From positions 1 to 39,690 of the forward strand of contig JBBAFX010000001.1 in NCBI GenBank assembly GCA_041655195.1: a stretch of 39,690 nt of DNA, given 5' to 3'. The notes under the pieces are model-generated. The model did no database searches and had not been told where the DNA came from. It saw only the letters and a list, made by a program, of their open reading frames with translations. The translations under genes were made by a program, and so were the position numbers. Each line of letters begins with the position of its first letter. Within the stretch, counting starts at the first letter, position 1. Positions 25,103-34,464 of this stretch are shown in pieces. The DNA is from Trueperaceae bacterium (GTDB lineage: Bacteria; Deinococcota; Deinococci; Deinococcales; Trueperaceae).

Positions 25103-26695
25103 GTGAGCGCCAACCGGCAACACGCCGACACGCTGTTCTACGGGTCGGTCATAACCATGGACTCCGAAGCGCCGCGCGCGGGCGCGGTGGCCGTGCGCGG
25201 CAACAAGGTCCTGGCGGTCGGCAGTAAGGACGACCTGCACGTGTTCGCCGGCCCCAGCACGCGCGTCGTGCACCTGGAGGGCAGGACCCTCATGCCCGGC
25301 TTCCACGACGCTCACGTGCACTTGACCGGCACGGGCGAGGAACTCGATCACGTGAACCTGTTCGACGCGGCCACACTGGACGAAGCGCTCGCACGCGTCA
25401 GGGAACGCGCCGCGCAGCTGGCGCCTGACGAGTGGGTGCGTGGCGCCGGCTTCGCGCTTCACCGCTGGGGCCTCACCACTGTCGGGCCGCGCGAGGCCGC
25501 TGCGCTCGACGAGGCGGCAGGTGGCCGCCCTGTACTGCTGGCCAGCCAGGACCATCACTCCGCCTGGGCCACCCGCTCGGCGCTGAAGCTGGCCGGGGTG
25601 GGGGCAGGCACCTCCGTTCCTAACGGCGTGATCGTGCTGGACGACAGCGGCGAGCCCACAGGGCTGCTGCTGGAGGAGGCGCGTGGCCTGGTCGACGCAG
25701 CCCTACCCGAAGCTGACGCCGCCACCATGACGCGCTGGCTGCAGCGGGCCGCGGCGCACTTCGCCGCGCTCGGTGTGACGACGGTGCACCACATGGCCGC
25801 GGAGCCGGCGGCTTACTTCCGGCAGCTGGCGCTGGCGGCCTCGGACCCCGCTTACGCGCTTAGGGTGTGGGCTTGCATTCCGCACGCGCAGATCGAGGCC
25901 GCGGCCGCCATCGGGCTGGCTACCGGGCAGGGGGGCGAGAACTTCACCCTGGGCGGTGCCAAGTTCTTCGCCGACGGTGCCCTCGGCAGCCGCACAGCGT
26001 GGATGCTGGAGCCGTACGCGGGCGGCACGAACACGGGCATGGCCGTGGACGGGCCAGAGGTGCTGAACGAACGCGTGCCGCTAGCTGTGAAGGCGGGGCT
26101 GACCCCGGTGGTGCACGCCATAGGCGACGCGGCTACCCGCGCCGTGGTGAACGCCTACGAGTCGAGCGCGGCCGCCTGGCGGGCGGTGGGCCTCAGACCG
26201 CGGCTGGAGCACGCTCAGCACATGCACCCAGACGACGTGCAGCGGGCGGGTGCGCTGGGCTTGGTGGCGTCCATGCAGCCCATCCACCTGACGTTCGACG
26301 TGGACTCGATCAGCACGGAGCTTACGGACCGCGTTGAGCGTGCCTACCCCATGCGCTCGCTGGCGCGGGCCGGGGCCGTGTTGGCGTTCGGTTCCGATAG
26401 CCCCGTGGCTCCGCCTGACCCGTACGAGGGGCTGCGGTCCGCGGCTCGCCGCGCCGCGCCGAGCGGTCGCCGGCTCACCCCAGGCGAGGCCATAGGGCCC
26501 GACGAGGCGCTGCAGGCGTACACAAGGGGGGCGGCGTACGCCATCGGCGCCGAGCACCGTTCCGGCATGCTGGCGCCCGGTTTCGACGCGGACCTGGTGG
26601 TGCTATCCCATGACCCCACCGTGAGCCTGGACGGGCTGCGGGCGGTGGCGACCATGAAGGCCGGGCGCTTCACGCACGGCGAGGACGCGGTGTGA
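25103..26695 (+). CDS. amidohydrolase family protein (YtcJ-like, Amidohydro_3 type)
   Basis: The metal-binding start MPGFHDAHVHL, later VHAIGD, and C-terminal FGSDSPV and GFDADLVVL are typical of this family. GTG start. Confidence 0.85.
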   Translation: MSANRQHADTLFYGSVITMDSEAPRAGAVAVRGNKVLAVGSKDDLHVFAGPSTRVVHLEGRTLMPGFHDAHVHLTGTGEELDHVNLFDAATLDEALARVRERAAQLAPDEWVRGAGFALHRWGLTTVGPREAAALDEAAGGRPVLLASQDHHSAWATRSALKLAGVGAGTSVPNGVIVLDDSGEPTGLLLEEARGLVDAALPEADAATMTRWLQRAAAHFAALGVTTVHHMAAEPAAYFRQLALAASDPAYALRVWACIPHAQIEAAAAIGLATGQGGENFTLGGAKFFADGALGSRTAWMLEPYAGGTNTGMAVDGPEVLNERVPLAVKAGLTPVVHAIGDAATRAVVNAYESSAAAWRAVGLRPRLEHAQHMHPDDVQRAGALGLVASMQPIHLTFDVDSISTELTDRVERAYPMRSLARAGAVLAFGSDSPVAPPDPYEGLRSAARRAAPSGRRLTPGEAIGPDEALQAYTRGAAYAIGAEHRSGMLAPGFDADLVVLSHDPTVSLDGLRAVATMKAGRFTHGEDAV

Positions 26696-26710
26696 GGACG
26701 CGGTGTGAGG
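26681..26710 (+). repeat. 13-bp tandem duplication (gaggacgcggtgt x2 plus a partial third) spanning the amidohydrolase stop codon
   Basis: Read directly: 26681..26693 is identical to 26694..26706, followed by gagg. The TGA lies at 26693..26695. Confidence 0.9.
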
Positions 26711-26718
26711 GCGCGTAC

Positions 26719-27480
26719 TCAGTGCGGCCGGATCACCAGCTCGTGAACGGTGCCGCGCGCCCGCGTGCCGGCCAGGTAAAGGAGCGCTTCAGCTAACGCC
26801 GCCGGATCGAGCCAGTTGTTCGGGTCGGCCTTCGGCATGGCCGCGCGGTTGCCGGGCGTGTCTATGGCGGCGGCCGGGATGAGCAGGGCGGCGTTCACGC
26901 CGTGCTTGCCTACTTCTGCTGCCAGGGCGCGCTGGTAGGTCGCTACGGCGCCTTTGGCGGCGGCGTACGCGCTCATGCCTGGGGCTGGCGCCAACACGGC
27001 GTTGGCGCCCACGGCGGCAACGAAGCCCGCGCCCCGCTCGAGCATGCCGGGTAGCACGGCGCTGGTGGCGTTCACCGCGGTGTGCAGGTTGATGGTCAGC
27101 ATGTGCTGAAGCAGTTCGGGGCCGGCGTCGTGAGGGCCGCCCATGGCGAAGCCGCCCGCTAAGTTCAGGAGTAGGCCCACGGGCCCCTGCGCCGCCTCGA
27201 TGCGGGCGAAGCCAGCCTGCGTACCGCTGGGGGACGCCAGGTCGATGCCGTACGTGGCGACCGTGCCACCCGAGCCGCCCGGGCTGCCCGCAGCCGCGGC
27301 GCTTGCCCCCTGCGTCAGTTCGCGCGCGAGTTCCTCCACGGCCCCCTCACCGCCGGGCCGCGTGACCAGCGCTAACGGGTGCCCCGCGGACCGGAAGGCG
27401 CGCGCGACGGCGGGGGCCAGTCCGCCGGCCGCGCCGGTGATGACCACCAGTGGCTTAGTAGGGTTGCTTGTCATGGCCAA
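26719..27480 (-). CDS. SDR family oxidoreductase
   Basis: Cofactor motif VVITGAAGGLAPAV, an NLAGG-type segment and catalytic YAAAKGA (YxxxK). Confidence 0.88.
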   Translation of the reverse strand: MAMTSNPTKPLVVITGAAGGLAPAVARAFRSAGHPLALVTRPGGEGAVEELARELTQGASAAAAGSPGGSGGTVATYGIDLASPSGTQAGFARIEAAQGPVGLLLNLAGGFAMGGPHDAGPELLQHMLTINLHTAVNATSAVLPGMLERGAGFVAAVGANAVLAPAPGMSAYAAAKGAVATYQRALAAEVGKHGVNAALLIPAAAIDTPGNRAAMPKADPNNWLDPAALAEALLYLAGTRARGTVHELVIRPH

Positions 27481-27586
27481 CTGTACCTGCGTGAGGGCTG
27501 GCGGCCCCCCCTCGTATGGCCCGAAAGGGGAGGGCGAGAGCCGGGCTTAGCTAGGCGAAAGTCCCGTCCAGCACGGCACGAACGGT

Positions 27587-27616
27587 TTGACCGGGGGTGC
27601 TCTGGCGGGGTAAGAT
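27587..27616 (+). promoter_or_regulatory. candidate sigma-70-type promoter for gyrB
   Basis: TTGACC (27587..27592), an 18-nt spacer, then TAAGAT (27611..27616), about 95 nt upstream of the proposed TTG start. Pattern match only. Confidence 0.35.
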
Positions 27617-27675
27617 ATACGGGTTAGGGAGACCGCCGCAGGGCGCTTTTCTGACGCGCTTGCACCGGGTTATGA

Positions 27676-29720
<2,045 letters not shown>

Positions 29721-29749
29721 GACCGTCCAACACGCAAGCGCAACAAGAA

Positions 29750-29779
29750 CGCCGCCGAACCAATGAAGGTTCGGCGGCG
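29750..29779. terminator. bidirectional hairpin terminator between convergent gyrB and the ACIII operon
   Basis: cgccgccgaacc / aatgaa / ggttcggcggcg forms a perfect 12-bp stem. It is flanked by ttcagtt on the plus strand and gttcttgttg on the minus strand. Confidence 0.6.
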
Positions 29780-29804
29780 CTTCAGTTAAGTCTGAACTAT
29801 ACGC

Positions 29805-30707
29805 TCAGTCGAGACCAGCCGCAGTGCGAAGGTCATGGACCTCCGTCATGGTCAGCATCTGACCCCGCAACGCCTCCACCTCGGCGGAGGAGAACGGCTG
29901 GAAGTCAGGCGCCAAGGCGTCGTTACCCCACGCCGTCATGACGTAATTCGAGATCGACGCCACAGTAGCGTCATCAAGATGCAAGTGGGGCGTCATGATG
30001 CCGTTGTAAGGCATGCCGTCCACAGTGATGGCGCCCTGCAGACCGAACAGGATGGTCGTGGGTATAAGGTTGCGGTCCGCCGCGTACACCTCAGGAGCGT
30101 GGCCCGCCAACGGCGGGAACGCACCCATAACGCCCTGGCCGGTAGCCTGATGGCACGCCATGCAGGTAGCCAGGAAGGCCGCCTCGCCGTCAGGCAGGTC
30201 CTCGTCCACCGCAGCCGCCGCGGGGGCGGGTTCAGCGGCGGGCTCGGCAGCCGCCTCGACAGGCGCCGCGGGCTCGGCCTCGGCCGTTGCTTCTGCGGCG
30301 GCGGGCTCCTCGGCGGGCTCAGTAGCCGCTGCGGGTTCAGCCGCGGGTTCAGCGGCCGGTGGCGCCGTCACCGCGGGCGCGGCCGGGGCAACCGGCGCAG
30401 CGCCAGCGAAGCCCGGGTTCTGTACGCCGCGTTCCGCTACCAGCTCGATGGCGCGGTTGATGTCGATGGTGGCGCGGTCGCCGTCCACGGTGTAACCGCT
30501 CAGGTCGCCAGTGGCGTCCGCCAAGTGTTGCTGGAACTGCGTGTCGTCCAGCACCTCGAAGCGGCCCTGCGGCCTGGAGGAAGCCAGGAAGAGGAGACCC
30601 ACGATGACCACGATCATGCCCACCGTGCCCAGGGCCACGGCCAAGCGGATCTGCTGAGGCGTGAACATGTACTGACGCGTCTTCTGGAACTCGGGGCGCT
30701 CAGGCAT
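29805..30707 (-). CDS. membrane-anchored monohaem cytochrome c, last gene of the ACIII operon
   Basis: One TM helix (IRLAVALGTVGMIVVIVGLLFLA), a ~60-aa domain, an Ala/Pro/Glu-rich linker, then a class-I cytochrome c domain with CMACH and downstream Met residues. The ATG overlaps the actF stop by 8 nt. Confidence 0.85.
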   Translation of the reverse strand: MPERPEFQKTRQYMFTPQQIRLAVALGTVGMIVVIVGLLFLASSRPQGRFEVLDDTQFQQHLADATGDLSGYTVDGDRATIDINRAIELVAERGVQNPGFAGAAPVAPAAPAVTAPPAAEPAAEPAAATEPAEEPAAAEATAEAEPAAPVEAAAEPAAEPAPAAAAVDEDLPDGEAAFLATCMACHQATGQGVMGAFPPLAGHAPEVYAADRNLIPTTILFGLQGAITVDGMPYNGIMTPHLHLDDATVASISNYVMTAWGNDALAPDFQPFSSAEVEALRGQMLTMTEVHDLRTAAGLD

Positions 30708-31887
30708 GATGCTCAGCCACCACCTTCACCAGACGCGGGTCGTTAGCAGGCAGCACGTTACGTGCTCCCAGCGCGCGTGCGAACAGCGCCAGCCACACAC
30801 CGGTCATGCCCACCAGGAGCAGGATGTCGATGAGGGTGAGCTGCGCGCCGGTGCGCCCGAACTCTGGCGCGAGCATCCAGAAGATGTTCATGGCCTGCAC
30901 CACGAGCGCCCACACAGCCACGATGCTAAGCGCGCGGCGCGTGCGCTTGACCCAGCGCGAGAACAGGATCATGAACGGCGCGAAGAAACCGAAGAAGAGG
31001 ATGAAGGCGCTGAACGCCACCCAGTCCGGCCCGAGCCGGCTGAAGTACCACGTGGCCGTCTCGGAGATGTTGTTGGTCCACTGGATGATCAACTGCGAGA
31101 TGTGGGTGTACGCCCAGAACATGGTGACCGCCATGAGGAGGTTACCCAAGTCCTGCAGGCGCTTAGGCGTGAGCAGCTTATCGACCGTGGGGTTCACGCG
31201 CGCGATCTGCACCATGGTCAGGATTATGAGCGCCAGCGCGGTGATGACCTGGCTGGACATGAAGATGCCCGGGTAGATACCCGAGAACCAGGTGGGGGTG
31301 AGGGACATGGCCCAGTCGATGGCGGCGAAGGTCATGGTGAGCACGTAGATGACGATCCAGAGACCAGCCATGTTCTTCATGCGGTACCCAGCGCGGCCGG
31401 CGTCCGCTTCGGTCTCGTCCTGCTTGCGGCTGAGGGAGCGGTAGAGGAACACGCCGAGCGTCCAGATGGCGAAGATGATCACGGCGCGGATGATGAAGAA
31501 CGGCGAGTTCAGGTAGGCAGTCTTGGCCTCCACCATGGGCCAGGCGGCTACGAAGGCCGGGTCCGTCCAGGGGTAGAGGTCGCCCATGGCGAAGAGGATG
31601 GGTACGAACAGGAGCGCCAGGAGCGGTATGAGCGACGCCGCCGCTTCGAGCGGCCGGGCTATGAGCGCGCCCCAGGAGCCGCCCGCCAGGTGCACCACGA
31701 ACAGCAGCATGAGGCTGCCGAGCGAGAGCCCGAGGATGAAGAGGAAGGCCATGAGGTACGACTCGAAGAAGGAGCCGGCGGTAGTGAAGCCGAGCACCGC
31801 GGCGCCGGCCAGGGCGATGATGCCCACCACTAGGGCGCCGAGCTGCAGCTTGCTGGTGTCGATGGGGGGAAGTTTGAGGACGTTCAC
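30700..31887 (-). CDS. actF: Alternative Complex III subunit ActF (NrfD-like polytopic membrane protein)
   Basis: 395-aa protein with about 10 TM segments. The GTG start overlaps the actE stop (GTGA). Its position after actE matches the canonical ACIII gene order. Confidence 0.85.
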   Translation of the reverse strand: MNVLKLPPIDTSKLQLGALVVGIIALAGAAVLGFTTAGSFFESYLMAFLFILGLSLGSLMLLFVVHLAGGSWGALIARPLEAAASLIPLLALLFVPILFAMGDLYPWTDPAFVAAWPMVEAKTAYLNSPFFIIRAVIIFAIWTLGVFLYRSLSRKQDETEADAGRAGYRMKNMAGLWIVIYVLTMTFAAIDWAMSLTPTWFSGIYPGIFMSSQVITALALIILTMVQIARVNPTVDKLLTPKRLQDLGNLLMAVTMFWAYTHISQLIIQWTNNISETATWYFSRLGPDWVAFSAFILFFGFFAPFMILFSRWVKRTRRALSIVAVWALVVQAMNIFWMLAPEFGRTGAQLTLIDILLLVGMTGVWLALFARALGARNVLPANDPRLVKVVAEHHA

Positions 31888-32477
31888 CGTGCTGCCTCCG
31901 TGCTGCTCAACTGGCTCAGGATGTCGGCAGGTACGTCGGTGATCTGAGCGTTCTGGCTGAGCTGCAGCGCCTTGATGTAGGCGGCTATGGCCCAGCGGTC
32001 CTCAGGCTTGATGCGTGCGGCGTAACTGTACATGCGGCCGAACCCGTTGGTGATGGCGTTGTAGAAGTAGCCCACCGGCGAGTCGAGCAGGCGCTGCTCA
32101 GCAGTGAACGACACCGGTTGCGGGAAGCCGCGCTGCACGATCATGCCGGCGCCGTTGCCGTTGTAGTTGTGGCAGGGCGCGCAGTAGATGTCGTAGCGCT
32201 CCTGGCCGCGCAGCAGGACGTCGGTGTTGAGCTCGATGGGTAGCTCTGCCAGGAAACCGGTGGGGCCGAGGCCCGTGAGGTAGCTGGGCTCCAGCGCGCC
32301 GCGTTCGCGTGAGACGGTGCCTTCGGGGATGGGGCGCATGGCGCTGCCGTCCGCGAAGAACGGGCTGGCTTCGAAGGCGTCCGTGCGCGCCTGGTCGAAC
32401 ATGTTGCGACCGCACGAGGTGAGCACGAGCATGCCGACGGTGAGGGCGGCGAGTAGCTTGAAGGTCTTGCCCCTCAT
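31884..32477 (-). CDS. actE: Alternative Complex III subunit ActE (monohaem cytochrome c lipoprotein)
   Basis: Lipobox LVLTSC and a single CAPCH haem motif. ATGA overlap with actD. Confidence 0.88.
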   Translation of the reverse strand: MRGKTFKLLAALTVGMLVLTSCGRNMFDQARTDAFEASPFFADGSAMRPIPEGTVSRERGALEPSYLTGLGPTGFLAELPIELNTDVLLRGQERYDIYCAPCHNYNGNGAGMIVQRGFPQPVSFTAEQRLLDSPVGYFYNAITNGFGRMYSYAARIKPEDRWAIAAYIKALQLSQNAQITDVPADILSQLSSTEAAR

Positions 32478-33031
32478 CGCTCCACCTCCGACACGCGCTC
32501 GGGTTCGAGCGCCTCCAGGAAGGCGCGCGTGTTGACGAGGTCGAACTTCGGGTCGCGCGCCTCGATGGAGAGGAAGAACTTGTCGCGCGAGGCCTGCTCG
32601 AAGCCGGGGGTGTTGAAGATGGAGTGGTACGGACGCGGTAGGCCGTTGCGGAGGATCATGCCGATGCCCGCCGTGAGGCCCGCCGAGAGGATGGTGATCT
32701 CGTACATGATGACTATCCAGTTCGGCCAGCTGTTCAGCGGCTTACCGCCGGCGTTCAGCGGGTAGTAGACGGTGTTGGCCCACCACTGCAGGAAGAAGCC
32801 GCCCAAGAGGCCCAGGATGCCCACGATCAGCACGACCCAACCAAGGTTGGTGGGGCGCATGCCCAGGTCCTCGTCCAGGCCCTCGACCGGGAACGGGGTG
32901 TAGGCGTCCGTGCGCGTGTAGCCCGCCTTGCGGGTACGCTCGGCGGCTAGCCGGATGTCTTCCACCGTGTCGAACTGGGCTACCAGCGCGTACAGCGGTT
33001 CGGTTTTGCGGCCCAAGGTAACGCTGCTCAT
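32474..33031 (-). CDS. actD: Alternative Complex III subunit ActD (DUF3341 type)
   Basis: 185 aa. A soluble N-terminal domain (YALVAQFDTVEDIRLAAERTRKAGY) is followed by two TM helices. ATGA overlap with actC. Confidence 0.85.
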   Translation of the reverse strand: MSSVTLGRKTEPLYALVAQFDTVEDIRLAAERTRKAGYTRTDAYTPFPVEGLDEDLGMRPTNLGWVVLIVGILGLLGGFFLQWWANTVYYPLNAGGKPLNSWPNWIVIMYEITILSAGLTAGIGMILRNGLPRPYHSIFNTPGFEQASRDKFFLSIEARDPKFDLVNTRAFLEALEPERVSEVER

Positions 33032-34464
33032 GCGGTCTCCTCGGCGTTGTAGTACTCCATCCTTATCGTCTCGAAGGCGTCGGAGCCGTGATGGTGGTCG
33101 TGGTACGCGGTCTCCTTCGTCTCGGCCGTGGCGATGGACGGCAGCAGCCTGACGAACACGAAGAAGAGCGTGCCGAAGAGCCCGAGGCTACCTATGAAGA
33201 GGGACCAGTCCCAGAAGGTAGACACGTAATCGGACCAAGAGGAGGGCAGGTAGTCGCGGGTGAGCGACACCACGAAGATCACGAAACGCTCGAGCCACAT
33301 GCCCACGCTGACCGCGAGGGCGATGACGAAGAGCGCCCAGGGGCTCTGCCTGACCTTGCGGAACCAGAGGGGTTGGATGGCGACGAAGTTACAGAAGATG
33401 AGGGCCCAGAAGTACTTACCGTGCGGCCCGAACATGCGGTTCCAGATCATGTACCGCTCGGCCTCCACGCCCGAGTACCAGGCGATGAAGACCTCGATGA
33501 AGTAGCCGTACACCACGATCATGCCTGTGGCGAGCATGAGCTTGGCGGCGTTGTCGAGGTGCCGAAGCGTGATGAGGTGCTCGAACTTGAGCGCCTTGCG
33601 CAAGGGCACGCCGAGGATGAGCACCATGGCGAAGCCTGCGAACACGGCGCCCGCCACGAAGTAGGGCGGCATGATGGTGTTGTTCCAGCCGGGCACCTGC
33701 GCCACGGCGAAGTCCAGGGCGATGGTGGAGTGCACGCTGAGCACCAGCGGGAAGCTGAGCGCGGCCAGCAAGAGGTAGGCGCGCTGGTAACGCTGCCACG
33801 CCTTAGTGGAGCCGTTCCAACCGAGCGACAGCACGCCGTACAGGAGGCGCTGGAAGCCGTTACGGGCGTTATCGCGCAGCGACGCCAGGTCGGGGATCAG
33901 GCCGATGAACCAGAAGATGAGGGAGATGGTGAAGTAGGTGCCGATGGCGAAGAAGTCCCAGTCCAGCGGGCTGCGGAACTGCGGGAAGAGGCCGAAGGTG
34001 TTGGGGTAAGGCACGAGCCAGTAGAAGACCCACGGGCGGCCCAGGTGGAGGATGGGGTAGAGACCCGCGCACACCACCGCGAAGATGGTCATGGCCTCCG
34101 CGAAGCGGTTGACCGTGGTGCGCCACGGCTGCCGGAAGAGCAGCAGGGCGGCCGAGATCAGCGTCCCGGCGTGACCGATACCGATCCACCACACGAAGTT
34201 GATGATCGGCATGCCCCAGGCGACCGGGATGTTGTTACCGAAGATGCCGATGCCCGTGGTGATGAGCTTTACGACGGAGACGATGTAGACGACGAGCAGC
34301 GCCGCGCTGATGCCGAAGCCGATCCACCACCAGGTGGGGGTCCGCTCCAAGCCCTGCAGTACGGGCGTCAGGACACGATCGTCGATGCTGCCGTAGGTCT
34401 CACCGCGCCGTATGACCCTGTTGGTCTCGGGGTAAACGGTGACCTTGCCGGTTTCCAATGCCAT
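33028..34464 (-). CDS. actC: Alternative Complex III subunit ActC (NrfD/PsrC-like quinol-interacting membrane subunit)
   Basis: 478-aa protein with about 10 TM segments. Its ATG shares 1 nt with the actB TGA. Confidence 0.9.
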   Translation of the reverse strand: MALETGKVTVYPETNRVIRRGETYGSIDDRVLTPVLQGLERTPTWWWIGFGISAALLVVYIVSVVKLITTGIGIFGNNIPVAWGMPIINFVWWIGIGHAGTLISAALLLFRQPWRTTVNRFAEAMTIFAVVCAGLYPILHLGRPWVFYWLVPYPNTFGLFPQFRSPLDWDFFAIGTYFTISLIFWFIGLIPDLASLRDNARNGFQRLLYGVLSLGWNGSTKAWQRYQRAYLLLAALSFPLVLSVHSTIALDFAVAQVPGWNNTIMPPYFVAGAVFAGFAMVLILGVPLRKALKFEHLITLRHLDNAAKLMLATGMIVVYGYFIEVFIAWYSGVEAERYMIWNRMFGPHGKYFWALIFCNFVAIQPLWFRKVRQSPWALFVIALAVSVGMWLERFVIFVVSLTRDYLPSSWSDYVSTFWDWSLFIGSLGLFGTLFFVFVRLLPSIATAETKETAYHDHHHGSDAFETIRMEYYNAEETA

